The notes below the pieces were generated by a model. The model ran no database searches. It saw nothing but the letters and a program-made list of their open reading frames with translations, and was not told the origin of the DNA. Positions 17,788 through 27,854 of a stretch of 35,333 bases of DNA are shown piece after piece (the stretch's first letter is position 1; every line of letters begins with the position of its first letter). The translations under genes and the position numbers were made by a program. Origin of the DNA: a virus (lineage: Duplodnaviria; Caudoviricetes). The stretch covers positions 1-35,333 of the IMG/VR virus record IMGVR_UViG_3300044266_000147. The stretch is one strand, 5' to 3'.

Positions 17788-19577
17788 TATTTTACAACTT
17801 CTATAACATTAATTGATGTATATATTGGTGAAAAATATAAGATCATATTTTTTGTTGCTATAATATCTTTATTAGTAGTATTATAATATACAGAAATGTG
17901 ATTATTATATGAAGAAACCTTAAAATTGCTCAATACAACTTTACCAGTCATATAATCAATAGTTCCTATTTTTGAATTTATTATAGCTTCTTTACCATTG
18001 GTTACAGTAAAGACAATAATTGTACCATTAGAATCATCTTTTAACTGAGCTAATGGATATTTAGTTCCATCAGAAGACACATATGTAAATGGATCAGAAG
18101 TTAAAACAAGATCATCTATATCTTTTTCAGATGAATTATTAAAATTAATAGAAATTGGAGTAGATACGTTCAATGAAGGTGTTAATTGTTTGACTAATTT
18201 AACATGAGTATCATTACTTGTTATATTGTCATCTGATGAATCTATATGTGCAACAAACTTACTATATCTAAAATCATTACCAAATTTTTCTAAATGATCT
18301 TTACTAAAATCAATTATATCTTGTGCTAAAATATTTTTAATTTGATTAATAGTTTTATTTCCTGTCTTTGAATCATATTGTACAGTTGTATCTATTTTAC
18401 AATAAAAAGTTTCTGGATCAGATATTATTATTCTATTAGGAAGAGCAATATAATCTAACAAATAATTTTTAATCTCATTTTTTAAAGTATCAGAAGCAAC
18501 AGTACTATTTGTTGGCTTTAACGATACAACAACTCGTCCATATAATTTTGGTTCTAATTCTTGACCACCATAAATTATAACATCTGATACTTTGCCTCCA
18601 AATTTACTTAGAATGATAGAAGCATAATCATCTGTTGATATTGCTCTATATTGTGCAGCAAAATGTCTAGGAGCATTATATTTTATAGAATCTATAGTTT
18701 CTTGGTCTGCTCCATTATTAGAATTTTTTAATGTAACTATGTTTGATACATTAACTTGTCCAGAATTTATTTTTGAAAGATCGCCATTAAGACCAAATTT
18801 AGCAATGCCATTTGATTTTTCACCATTATTAACAACATACTCTGCTACTATTGTAGAAAGATGTTGTGGTTTTCTTCCAAGTATGTTATCTCCAAATACA
18901 ATTTCATATGAATTGGTGTCTGATCCTTGAACAAAAAACACTTCTGAATTTTTTGTTAATCTAAACAAAGTTTCTGCTCGTGCAAATGTATAAACATTAG
19001 CACCATTATTTTCAGAAACAGTTACTGTTAAACTGTCTAAGTCAATGTTTTTATTTGATAATTTTAGAAGCAAGTTTTCTTCTGTTTCATCAAATATAAA
19101 CGAATCTTTGAAATAAGATCCTTCGTGTATTGTTAAATTAGCAGTATATGTGTTGTTACCAGAATAGACTACATTTGTTTCTCTGGTTACAAATTGATAA
19201 GAATTGTTGGAGTTTGTTCCTGAGAATTTTGTTCCTTTGGGTATAGTCAATACACCATTAAGACCAACAGTCTCAAATGTGATAGAGATATCAGCTTGTG
19301 AAGAGCTAGAAGAAATAGGAACATAATTTAATTCTTTGGAGTGTGAAATTACGGTGTCATATTTTTGAGCAGAGTCCAAGAACATTTCTGATGCAACCAT
19401 ATTCAAATAAAATGAATTTAAATATGAATTATATGATAAAACATCAAGTAGGACATTAATATTAGAACCTTCAAAGTCATAATCTTTGAATGCCGATTGA
19501 TTTGAAAGGAAAGATTTTAAATTATCTTTGAGTGTATCAAAATCTAATGATGAAACTGTTAATGAACTATTTGCCAT
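17787..19577 (-). CDS. gp6: Baseplate wedge subunit gp6
   Basis: LDFDTLKDNLK.FL...FKDYDFEGSNINVLLDVLSYN...EMFLDSAQ; ETIDSIKYNAP...QYRAISTDDY; GTIDYMTG. Confidence 0.93.
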   Translation of the reverse strand: MANSSLTVSSLDFDTLKDNLKSFLSNQSAFKDYDFEGSNINVLLDVLSYNSYLNSFYLNMVASEMFLDSAQKYDTVISHSKELNYVPISSSSSQADISITFETVGLNGVLTIPKGTKFSGTNSNNSYQFVTRETNVVYSGNNTYTANLTIHEGSYFKDSFIFDETEENLLLKLSNKNIDLDSLTVTVSENNGANVYTFARAETLFRLTKNSEVFFVQGSDTNSYEIVFGDNILGRKPQHLSTIVAEYVVNNGEKSNGIAKFGLNGDLSKINSGQVNVSNIVTLKNSNNGADQETIDSIKYNAPRHFAAQYRAISTDDYASIILSKFGGKVSDVIIYGGQELEPKLYGRVVVSLKPTNSTVASDTLKNEIKNYLLDYIALPNRIIISDPETFYCKIDTTVQYDSKTGNKTINQIKNILAQDIIDFSKDHLEKFGNDFRYSKFVAHIDSSDDNITSNDTHVKLVKQLTPSLNVSTPISINFNNSSEKDIDDLVLTSDPFTYVSSDGTKYPLAQLKDDSNGTIIVFTVTNGKEAIINSKIGTIDYMTGKVVLSNFKVSSYNNHISVYYNTTNKDIIATKNMILYFSPIYTSINVIEVVK

Positions 19578-19579
19578 AT

Positions 19580-20044
19580 TTAACGAACTCTTCTAAGAAT
19601 CATTGAAAGTGTTATTGGTGTCGTACTATTTATTAATGTATAATATATGGTTATACTTATTTCATGTTCTGAAGTTATTTTATATATACCAGTTTCTCTT
19701 TGATCAAAAAAAGTTTGTACTTCTACTTGTAATAAATTAACACGACGTTCATTGTTGCCTATAACAGATTCAATATAAAATCTTAAAGTTTCTGATGTAC
19801 TAGGATCTAATGGTTGAAATAAAGAAGCTCTAACATTAGATCCTATATCAGGTTGAAAAAGCCTTTCACCAAGATTTGTTTTGATCAAATTTCTTAAAGA
19901 TTGATTTACTGATTGTTCATTTGTAACTCTAGCTAGTTCATCACCAACAGGTGTTTTCATAAAACTATTTAGAAAATCAGAAAAAAATTCCGATTGTTTT
20001 TGTTTTGGAGAGATAACATCTGCTCTTGATGGTCTAACTGACAT
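19580..20044 (-). CDS. gp25: Baseplate wedge subunit gp25
   Basis: SVNQSLRNLIKTNLGERLFQPDIGSNVRASLF...NERRV (GPW/gp25 family pattern). Confidence 0.9.
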   Translation of the reverse strand: MSVRPSRADVISPKQKQSEFFSDFLNSFMKTPVGDELARVTNEQSVNQSLRNLIKTNLGERLFQPDIGSNVRASLFQPLDPSTSETLRFYIESVIGNNERRVNLLQVEVQTFFDQRETGIYKITSEHEISITIYYTLINSTTPITLSMILRRVR

Positions 20045-20052
20045 TTTTTGCC

Positions 20053-20814
20053 TTATGGATTATGATCTATACGATCTGAAACTAATGTTATTTGTGCTGG
20101 CTCCATAGTAATAGTCGATCCACCGACTTTAAATGTTATTTTAGCAGGGCTTTCAATTAATAAAGGTTGTTGTACAAACAATCTTCCTTGCCCTGCATCG
20201 ACTTGAATGTCCCAATTGCCAGATTGGACATTCAATCCCCATTCTCCATTTTTCAACACTTCATATTTAGATCCACCCATCGTAGTCATAGAATTTCCAT
20301 CTCTATGAATATATTCACTACCATCATAACGAACAGTATTATCACCAGAAACATATCTATAATTGTCAGCTAAACTTTTGCCACAAGTTCCTTTAGCTTC
20401 TCCTCCACCCGTAGAACTAGAACAAGAACCTCCTGTTGCTATACCTTGGTCACCACCAACATTTTTATGTTCGCCTCCTGCCACATTTGTTCTATTTGTT
20501 GCTCCATTGTATGTATCTTGGTGTGAATCTGTAGTTCCAGATTTTCCTCCCAAACTATATCCTATAGTATGGTTTTCAAGAGAATAAGATACACCATTAT
20601 CTTTACTGTCTTCTAGAGCTAAATTAGTTTTAGTAGAACCATCATGATTAAATGTTTGATCAAATGATTCATTTGGTTTATCAGGATCAGCATACGCTAT
20701 CTGATATCTACCATTTCTGTCACTATGTCCAGACATCCAAGGATATTCTGGATTGCTTTTTTTTGCAGCTGTTGGATCTTGTGGATATTTTTTATTTAAA
20801 AAAGGATCTGCCAT
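20053..20814 (-). CDS. gp5 C-terminal / central spike-like protein
   Basis: PEYP motif, roughly 8-residue Gly-spaced beta repeats (NVAGGEHKNVGGDQ, YVSGDNTVRYDGSE) and a VgrG-like end (ITFKVGGSTITMEPAQITL..DRIDHNP). Lies immediately upstream of gp25. Confidence 0.65.
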   Translation of the reverse strand: MADPFLNKKYPQDPTAAKKSNPEYPWMSGHSDRNGRYQIAYADPDKPNESFDQTFNHDGSTKTNLALEDSKDNGVSYSLENHTIGYSLGGKSGTTDSHQDTYNGATNRTNVAGGEHKNVGGDQGIATGGSCSSSTGGGEAKGTCGKSLADNYRYVSGDNTVRYDGSEYIHRDGNSMTTMGGSKYEVLKNGEWGLNVQSGNWDIQVDAGQGRLFVQQPLLIESPAKITFKVGGSTITMEPAQITLVSDRIDHNP

Positions 20815-20823
20815 TTTTTACCT

Positions 20824-22068
20824 TTAAACAAAATTCTTTAAACATTTCATAGTGGTTTCAATATCTTGTGCAGCAGAAACTGTTTTAATTGCTGTTTCGA
20901 CATTGGCTTGTGGTACAGGTGGTACAGATGGTAAAGAAGTATTAACTCCACCAGTCAAACTACTTAAATTTGACATCAAACCAGACAAAGAAGATAAATT
21001 GCCTCCACCAAGAAAATTTGACATCATTCCTGACATATCATCCATTTCTCCAGCAACTGCTTTTTTAAGAGAAGGTTTAATGAAAGAATTTAAACGACCT
21101 TGCATTTTATTATTATCAGATATCAATTGATTCATTTTCCCTTTATCTAAAACTGAAGGTGGAATATGTCCGGCTTGTGCTTGACTAACCAGAGAACTTA
21201 ATATCCCTCCTAGCAATTGAGCTAAATTTCCAGACATATTATTTGCATTTTTTCCGACAGTAGATTTTATTGCTTGATCTTCCATCAAATTGCAATAGTA
21301 TATTAATAATTCACTAAATTTTTGGATTGTTAATACTAATGTTTTATCTATAAAATAAACATCTAAATCGTTTGCCAAACCTTGTTCTGCTATTGAATAG
21401 ACATGTTCTTCTGATGTATCAAATGGTGGATCTGATGGTGTTCTTAATGTATAGACTATATCATCATCTGGACCTATCCATTGAATATAACCAGGAAATG
21501 GATCATTATCAGATGTAAAATATTGTTGAACATAAAGATCTGGAACTTCTGATATTAATGTAGAAGGAACTTTATCTCCTAATATTATAGCAGGAATAAT
21601 AGACACTGGAATATTTTTTTCACCATACATTAAAACAGTTATGTACAGTTTTTCCATAGCATTTTTTACTATCTCTTTATAATCATCTAATAATAAATTA
21701 TAATTTGATATTGTCAAAAGATTAGTAAAAAATGTTAATACTGTGATGTATCCATGTCTTTTAACTAAAATACAAAGTGCTCCTGTAAGAGCATCTGTAA
21801 GCATTTTCTTTACACCGCTATTTGGTTTACTTCCACCTCCACCACTAGAAGATGATGCCATATTGAGAAAAGTATTAATTTTATTAAATTCAGTAGCGGA
21901 ATTTTTTAAAACTTCAGATATTCTTGCTGGATCTACTTCATTTAAAGCATCAAATACTTTCTTTAAATTTTTTTCGGCAACAGCTGTTGTTGGTTTTTCA
22001 ACATTTTTGCCTTTTTTTCTCATTTTATTTACAGCAGAATCGCCATCTCTATTTTCAACATTTGACAT
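20824..22068 (-). CDS. Hypothetical protein between the gp5 N- and C-terminal genes
   Basis: 414-aa, mostly helical ORF, coupled to the upstream gene by TAATG. No recognisable motif. Confidence 0.6.
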   Translation of the reverse strand: MSNVENRDGDSAVNKMRKKGKNVEKPTTAVAEKNLKKVFDALNEVDPARISEVLKNSATEFNKINTFLNMASSSSGGGGSKPNSGVKKMLTDALTGALCILVKRHGYITVLTFFTNLLTISNYNLLLDDYKEIVKNAMEKLYITVLMYGEKNIPVSIIPAIILGDKVPSTLISEVPDLYVQQYFTSDNDPFPGYIQWIGPDDDIVYTLRTPSDPPFDTSEEHVYSIAEQGLANDLDVYFIDKTLVLTIQKFSELLIYYCNLMEDQAIKSTVGKNANNMSGNLAQLLGGILSSLVSQAQAGHIPPSVLDKGKMNQLISDNNKMQGRLNSFIKPSLKKAVAGEMDDMSGMMSNFLGGGNLSSLSGLMSNLSSLTGGVNTSLPSVPPVPQANVETAIKTVSAAQDIETTMKCLKNFV

Positions 22069-22277
22069 TATGATAATGTAATCCTTTTTGCTTCGGCGTA
22101 TTGATCGTTTTGTGTTTTAAGAGGTTGATTACCAACTTTAACATTAAAAGGAGATGGTTGTGGTTTTAATTTAAATTCATTTAATTCATCTGATTCATAT
22201 TTTAAAGGAATATCAGATTTGCTTAAATCTACATCTTTACTTGTTACGTCTTGATCTAATATTGTTTTAATAGCCAT
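22068..22277 (-). CDS. Small hypothetical protein
   Basis: 69 aa with SD GAGGT, tightly packed in the operon. Confidence 0.65.
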   Translation of the reverse strand: MAIKTILDQDVTSKDVDLSKSDIPLKYESDELNEFKLKPQPSPFNVKVGNQPLKTQNDQYAEAKRITLS

Positions 22278-22285
22278 ATATTACC

Positions 22286-22585
22286 TCAGCCTGTTGAATT
22301 TCCTGATCCTGCTCTATGAAAACTTCCCATAATAAATGGATTTTGACAGTTTACATCATCTGATGCATAACACACCATAACTCTAGAACCTACTTCCATA
22401 CCAGTTGGTATAGTTCCTGATCTAGCAGTAGATGCTGTTGTTGTTCCCATCAATGGGGTTCCCCATACTGCTTTATCATCACCAGCAGTTTCTTCATTGT
22501 CATGTTGTCCATATATTCTTAATTTGCATCTTCCAGATTTCATAGGATCTTTAATATCTCTGACTTCTGCAATAAACATTTTCAT
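22286..22585 (-). CDS. Stand-alone gp5 N-terminal OB-fold domain
   Basis: FIAEVRDIKDPMKSGRCKLRIYGQH...W...G..PTGM.VGSRV......NPFIMGS matches the gp5 OB-fold pattern; the ORF is only 99 aa. Confidence 0.8.
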   Translation of the reverse strand: MKMFIAEVRDIKDPMKSGRCKLRIYGQHDNEETAGDDKAVWGTPLMGTTTASTARSGTIPTGMEVGSRVMVCYASDDVNCQNPFIMGSFHRAGSGNSTG

Positions 22586-22586
22586 T

Positions 22587-23837
22587 TTAATACCTCTGTG
22601 TTGGTTTTAGTGTTGTTACTCTTTGTTTGCATGTTTGGGAATCTCCATTCATATCAATATCATAAATTATAGAATATATATTCGAATCATAAGAAGAGAT
22701 AAGTCCCAAGGAAGAAGTTGTATTTCTAGCATTTTTGTCAGTTATTCTTAAATTTACCATATCACCTAAATCAATATTTGGTGCAGGTGGAATAACAAAT
22801 TCTATAGAACATTGATTTAAATCTGCCAGATATCTAACTCTATTTTCAGCCGCTGTTCCTAACAATAATCCTGGCGTTTCATTATTTGCAGGATCATTTT
22901 TTGCAAAAACAACATGTGGCTCTACTGCAAATTCGTCCTTTACAATTGGAATTCCTTGTGTCATTTTAAATCTACTTCCAAAAGGAAATGGTGAAGTAAG
23001 TTCGCCAGTTGCCAAATTGTAAACTATCTGTCTAGTTACATTTAATACTTTACCTTCAACATTCATAAATCCTTTGACTTTATATTCTAAAATCATTCTA
23101 CTTTTTTCATCTTCAGATAAACTAGCACCAGACAATTGATCATATTGTGTGAATGTATCTACTACACCATGATTAAAAGAAGCACTAAATGGATCTAATT
23201 TATATGTACTTCCTTTTCTATAGAAATAGAGATCCATCAAAGAATCACCATTAATACCTGCATGTGTGGTATCAAACATTCCAGCAACTCTTTCAATTAC
23301 ATCTTTGGAATGTTTGTTGCCAGCATTCAGAGTTATAGGTTTAGCCATAACTTCAGTAGAAACACCATATGGACTTTGCCAGTATTTAGATGCTATTTGT
23401 TGAACTATAGAAGTAGGAGTTTGATTAACAAAATTATCTGGAACGAGATTTTTATTGGCATTTTCTAAATCTTGAGCAACCATAGTTAGTGTATGAACTT
23501 GAAAGTGTCCAGTTGGTCCCATTGGATCAGATGGAGGATACATACTATTGTCAGTATTTTCGTCTTTTTCAAAAACCATATTAGAAAAAACAATAGGTCC
23601 TCTTCCTGTACGTACTCCAAAAGTAACGCCTTTTTCAGAACCATCCAATCGTAAATCTCTTCCAATAGCATTATACGGATCAAGAACTTCACAAACTACC
23701 CTTGGATATGGTGTGCCTTTAGTTGTCACCATTCTGGCTTTATTGACCGTAATGCCAGTACCTCTAAGTATATCGCCTTTAGAACAAGTGAAAGTCATAT
23801 TTTCTATTCTAAAGACGTCATCAACATTTATACCCAT
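22587..23837 (-). CDS. Putative baseplate hub protein (gp27-like)
   Basis: Size (416 aa), position between gp53 and gp5-N, and a C-terminal pattern (IEFVIPPAPNIDLGDMVNL...IYSIIYDI) like hub proteins. Divergent. Confidence 0.55.
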   Translation of the reverse strand: MGINVDDVFRIENMTFTCSKGDILRGTGITVNKARMVTTKGTPYPRVVCEVLDPYNAIGRDLRLDGSEKGVTFGVRTGRGPIVFSNMVFEKDENTDNSMYPPSDPMGPTGHFQVHTLTMVAQDLENANKNLVPDNFVNQTPTSIVQQIASKYWQSPYGVSTEVMAKPITLNAGNKHSKDVIERVAGMFDTTHAGINGDSLMDLYFYRKGSTYKLDPFSASFNHGVVDTFTQYDQLSGASLSEDEKSRMILEYKVKGFMNVEGKVLNVTRQIVYNLATGELTSPFPFGSRFKMTQGIPIVKDEFAVEPHVVFAKNDPANNETPGLLLGTAAENRVRYLADLNQCSIEFVIPPAPNIDLGDMVNLRITDKNARNTTSSLGLISSYDSNIYSIIYDIDMNGDSQTCKQRVTTLKPTQRY

Positions 23838-24709
23838 TATTTCCTCATTAAATCATATAGTTCATTAACTATTTGTGTTGTCAAATTATTATCCATAACT
23901 TTTATTGTTTTATTGTATTCGTTTTTTTCTTCTTCATATTGAAAAAATGTTACAGGAGTCCAATAAACTTCTTCTTCTGATTTTATATTATTGGCTACAC
24001 ATGTTGCAGTTGTAAATACTGTATTTACATTACTTTCTGTACCATATATATAACTACTTGGAACTATTGAAACAGTATTGCTAGTTTCATATGTGCCATA
24101 CAAATGTTGTAAATATACATGAGTATTTGATTTTTTAACAACTTGTCCTTTACCAGTATTACTTATATCAAAAACAATATCACATATTTCATTTGTAATA
24201 AAATTACTATTAGAAATTGCATATGAGAAAATTTTATTAGTATTCATTATCCAATCTGTTTTAAGTCTTTCATAATTCAAAATATTACCAAATTCATCAT
24301 AATGAGGAGTCCAATATTTCTTGAGATCATAATCTAGTGCATTATAAGCACTGATTGACAAATTTTCCACGCCTTCCCAACTATTTCTATAATATTTTAC
24401 CTTAGTTTGAGCATTATATACTGAACCATATTTATTTGCTAAATTTTCATAAAATTCATTATCTTGAAGATACCATTCATAATAAGGATCAATTATTTTA
24501 TTAGACAGATACACTAACCAACTTTTATATGCATCATCATAATATCTAGCACTAAATTGATCTGGTCTTTCTTTATGAGATATATCATAAGTATAGAAAA
24601 CATATGGATTAGAATAATATTTTTCTAAAACTTTTGAACGTCTAATAATATCTACAGAAATATTATTAGCATATGTTATTATTGGAAATTTATCGAAATA
24701 TCTATCCAT
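23837..24709 (-). CDS. gp53: Baseplate wedge subunit gp53
   Basis: Likely start ATG 24709 (SD GGAG). YFDKFP.ITY, ERPDQFSARYYDD....WLV.L.N.I.DPYYEW (LysM-like) and YEEEKNE...IKV. Confidence 0.85.
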   Translation of the reverse strand: MDRYFDKFPIITYANNISVDIIRRSKVLEKYYSNPYVFYTYDISHKERPDQFSARYYDDAYKSWLVYLSNKIIDPYYEWYLQDNEFYENLANKYGSVYNAQTKVKYYRNSWEGVENLSISAYNALDYDLKKYWTPHYDEFGNILNYERLKTDWIMNTNKIFSYAISNSNFITNEICDIVFDISNTGKGQVVKKSNTHVYLQHLYGTYETSNTVSIVPSSYIYGTESNVNTVFTTATCVANNIKSEEEVYWTPVTFFQYEEEKNEYNKTIKVMDNNLTTQIVNELYDLMRK

Positions 24710-24710
24710 A

Positions 24711-25418
24711 TTATACATCTCCATCCGTATTTGCATCCCAAGAATTCTTTTCCCAAATTTCAATTTCTTTAAATCTGATTGTCATATTTACTGCTACTGG
24801 AGCACCATTTTTATAAAAAGCTGGAATATCACCACCAGTATAATCGGCAGCAATAGCTTCTATAATACAAGGTTTGATCTTAAAGGTAAATTTAGGTTCG
24901 GGATGTAATTTTATGAAAAATACATCTGGATATGTCATAGCAAGAAAGTTTGCTCTAGTTGGAGAAGAATAAAATTTTAAATTGTTTATTATATCTGCTA
25001 TTGTATTAGACTCTTGTTCATTATCGGCAACAAATGTCCACATCATTTCAAAACTTTTAAAATTTGGATGTTTGAATTGTAAGAATAGAGCAGGATTTAT
25101 GATAACACCTGCTGCTGAACCAACCCAAAAATTAAGAGCATTAACACCCAAAGATGCCGCTACTGCGGTTGTGCTCTCTTGTGACCAAGTTAGAACTTGT
25201 ACATCATTAATTTTTCTTGGTATAGGTAGATTAATAGCAGGTCCAGTTGGTTGTCTTGCTCTAAATGTTTTTATACGTATAGATGTATAAAAATTATTTG
25301 TTTCACCATTTCCAATAGGTGCAAACAAATCTGAAGGATATGTTAATCCTGGAGCAACTGGCATTGATGGTTTAGTGGGAAAATTTCTTGGTGGCCCGCT
25401 AATGATAGTTTTAACCAT
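24711..25418 (-). CDS. gp48: Baseplate tail tube cap gp48
   Basis: INLPIP..I.D...W, NP.LFLQFKHPNFKSF...W.F...NEQES..I..II, YPDVF.I, DYT...G.PV...MT..FKEIE. Confidence 0.85.
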   Translation of the reverse strand: MVKTIISGPPRNFPTKPSMPVAPGLTYPSDLFAPIGNGETNNFYTSIRIKTFRARQPTGPAINLPIPRKINDVQVLTWSQESTTAVAASLGVNALNFWVGSAAGVIINPALFLQFKHPNFKSFEMMWTFVADNEQESNTIADIINNLKFYSSPTRANFLAMTYPDVFFIKLHPEPKFTFKIKPCIIEAIAADYTGGDIPAFYKNGAPVAVNMTIRFKEIEIWEKNSWDANTDGDV

Positions 25419-25435
25419 ATATTATTCCTGTGTCG

Positions 25436-25443
25436 TATAAATA
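25436..25443 (+). promoter_or_regulatory. T4 late promoter TATAAATA (drives the gp4 block)
   Basis: Exact consensus in the divergent intergenic gap, about 27 nt upstream of ATG 25470. Confidence 0.8.
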
Positions 25444-25454
25444 CGTTTATTTAT

Positions 25455-25462
25455 TATTTATA
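25455..25462 (-). promoter_or_regulatory. T4 late promoter TATAAATA (drives the gp48/baseplate block)
   Basis: Exact consensus on the minus strand (tatttata on plus), about 37 nt upstream of ATG 25418. Confidence 0.8.
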
Positions 25463-25469
25463 TACAAAA

Positions 25470-25910
25470 ATGAGAACATACACCGGAAAATTTATACCTC
25501 GAAATCCAAAAAAATATAAAGGCGATCCAACTAACATTATTTATAGATCAAGTTGGGAACTTAAGTTTATGTTTCGCATAGATTTAGATCCAAATGTTAT
25601 ATCTTGGGGATCTGAAGAAATTGTTATACCTTATCGTTCTCCTATTGATAATAAAATACACAGATACTTTGTAGATTTCATATTAACTATCATAAATAAA
25701 CAAGGTATTAAAGAAACAATACTTATTGAAATTAAACCAAAAATTCAAACTGCACCACCAAAGGTGCAAAAGAAAATTACTAAAAAATACGTTTCAGAAG
25801 TTAAAACTTGGGGCGTAAATGAAGCAAAATGGAAAGCGGCTAAAGAATTTTGTGAAGATAGAAAATGGAAATTTCAAATATTAACAGAAAAAGAATTAGG
25901 AGTTAAATAA
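25470..25910 (+). CDS. gp4: Head completion protein gp4
   Basis: YTGKFIPRNPKKYKGDPTNIIYRSSWELKFM...WGSEE.VIPY.SP.D..HRYFVDF...EIKP..QT...N.AKW.AA. Confidence 0.93.
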   Translation: MRTYTGKFIPRNPKKYKGDPTNIIYRSSWELKFMFRIDLDPNVISWGSEEIVIPYRSPIDNKIHRYFVDFILTIINKQGIKETILIEIKPKIQTAPPKVQKKITKKYVSEVKTWGVNEAKWKAAKEFCEDRKWKFQILTEKELGVK

Positions 25911-26479
25911 TGGATTATTTGAATCTTCTTAGATTGTCTAGATCAGAAATACAAAAAAGAGTTCAAGATGCTATAAATTGGTATAGAAATATTTCTCAAA
26001 GACTTTTTAGTGGAAGAAAACCTGGAACACCACCAGAACCAGAAAAAGATTATAGATCATATAAAGATGGTTTTGGTATAAATGGAAACATGTTTCTTTT
26101 TGATTACGATGCAAAGTGGAAAGAAGTATTGCCATATTGGGATATGAAACCTTTAATTTTTCCTTTGGGTCCAGCAAAAGGAGGATTTTATGGGTTAAAC
26201 TTACATTATTTGCCTCCACAACAAAGAGCTGTTTTATTAAATGCTATGAAAGCACAATTACAAACTGGCGATTCGCCAGAATTATATAGATTAATGATAA
26301 ATTATCAAACTCTTATAGTAAATCCTTCAAGATTTCCTGGATTTGAAAATTGTGTAAAACATTATCTTCAACCAAGAGCACAAAATTTTCAAAGGATAGA
26401 TCCTAGAGATTGGGAACATGTTGTTATGTTACCATTACAAAGATGGGTCGTAAAACCTGGATTCTCACCACCATACTAA
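25910..26479 (+). CDS. gp2: DNA end protector protein gp2
   Basis: G.MFLFDYDAK.K..LPYWD..PLIF....GFYGLNLHYLPP..R...CVKHYL. Confidence 0.88.
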   Translation: MDYLNLLRLSRSEIQKRVQDAINWYRNISQRLFSGRKPGTPPEPEKDYRSYKDGFGINGNMFLFDYDAKWKEVLPYWDMKPLIFPLGPAKGGFYGLNLHYLPPQQRAVLLNAMKAQLQTGDSPELYRLMINYQTLIVNPSRFPGFENCVKHYLQPRAQNFQRIDPRDWEHVVMLPLQRWVVKPGFSPPY

Positions 26480-26488
26480 GGATAACAT

Positions 26489-27133
26489 ATGCCATTTAAC
26501 GTTTCATCATTCAGAGCAAATATAGATTCTGAAGGATATTTAAAAAATAGTCATTATGAAGTTATACTTACACCACCACCAAGTATAAACGCCAGTCTTA
26601 TGAGTAATGTTAATGGAGATTTTAGTATCACAGAAATCGCCACTACATTAAAATTTAGAACTACAAAAGTACTATTACCTGGGATTGAATTAAAAACTAC
26701 GAATGTTAGACGTTATGGTATAGGACCGGCACAAAAATATCCATTGACAAATGAATTTACTGAAATAAGAATGGAAATTCTTTGTGATAGATATGGTGCT
26801 ATTTGGCAATTTTGGTATCATTGGTTCAGAACAATATTCCAATTTTCAGGAAACTCTGATGCCAGAACTGGAAACATAAACACATTTCCAAGTTACGTCA
26901 ATAGATATAAAAATGATATTGTCACGACTGTACTTGTAAATGTTTTCGACCAAGAAGGAAATGACATTTTAAGATTTGATTTCTTAGAAGCATATCCAGT
27001 GGCTGTATCAGATACATCACTTGCATGGGGAGATGGAGGTTTGACACAATTAGCAATTGTATTAAACTTTAAAGAATATAGAATAATAGGTTCAACTATA
27101 GAAACAAATGATAATATATTAGTAAGAGGATGA
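26489..27133 (+). CDS. gp54: Tail tube-like / baseplate tail tube initiator (gp54/gp19 fold)
   Basis: LPG....T....G...KYP...F, W..W, EAYPVAVS...LAW; synteny gp2-gp54-gp26. Confidence 0.75.
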   Translation: MPFNVSSFRANIDSEGYLKNSHYEVILTPPPSINASLMSNVNGDFSITEIATTLKFRTTKVLLPGIELKTTNVRRYGIGPAQKYPLTNEFTEIRMEILCDRYGAIWQFWYHWFRTIFQFSGNSDARTGNINTFPSYVNRYKNDIVTTVLVNVFDQEGNDILRFDFLEAYPVAVSDTSLAWGDGGLTQLAIVLNFKEYRIIGSTIETNDNILVRG

Positions 27134-27143
27134 AATAAACATT

Positions 27144-27854
27144 ATGTCATTGCCCAAAATCGAACAACCAATTACAAAAATTGAAATACCATCTACCAAA
27201 AAACAATCAGTATTCAGACCATTTTTAGTTAAAGAAGAAAAAATATTATTAATGGCTAAAGAGTCACAAGATCCATCTGATATATTGACTGCTATTAAAC
27301 AAATTGTAACAAATTGTTCTTTGGACCCAACAGTAACGATAGACAAACTGACTATATTTGATTTAGAATACATATATTTAAAATTAAGAGCAATTTCTAT
27401 CAATAATATAATAAAAGTATTTGTAAAAGATTTTGAAGATAATAAAGATTATGAATTAGAAGTCAATTTGAATGATGTTAAAGTTGAGTTTCCAGAAAAA
27501 TATGAAAATAAAATAAAAATTAGTGATAAATCTGGAATTTTTATGAAATATCCACCATCTACTTTATACAATGATAGTGAATATTTAAATTCACAAGATG
27601 ATTTTCTATTTAATTTGATAGTTAGATGCATTGACAAAATATATGATGGAGAAAATATATATGAAGCATCCAACTATTCAACCAAAGAATTATCAGAATT
27701 TCTAGAAAATTTAAATCTTAAAACCTATGAACAAATTAAAACATTTTTGAATAGTACTCCCAAATTAAAATATGTTGGAGAATATAAAAATTCTTTGAAT
27801 AATGATAAGAAAGTGGAGTTTAATTCATTAAATGATTTTTTTACCTTTCGTTGA
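27144..27854 (+). CDS. gp26: Baseplate hub assembly protein gp26
   Basis: MSLPKI..P.....IPST....FRPFLVKEEKILLMAKES...FDLEYIYLKLRA.SI...MKYP...PKL...LNDFF. Confidence 0.92.
   Translation: MSLPKIEQPITKIEIPSTKKQSVFRPFLVKEEKILLMAKESQDPSDILTAIKQIVTNCSLDPTVTIDKLTIFDLEYIYLKLRAISINNIIKVFVKDFEDNKDYELEVNLNDVKVEFPEKYENKIKISDKSGIFMKYPPSTLYNDSEYLNSQDDFLFNLIVRCIDKIYDGENIYEASNYSTKELSEFLENLNLKTYEQIKTFLNSTPKLKYVGEYKNSLNNDKKVEFNSLNDFFTFR

Noticed and set aside
25470-25910. TnsA-like transposase / Tn7 element
   Set aside because: The nuclease-like motif is that of T4 gp4 in its normal gp48-gp4-gp2 context; no tnsB/tnsC or transposon ends are present.
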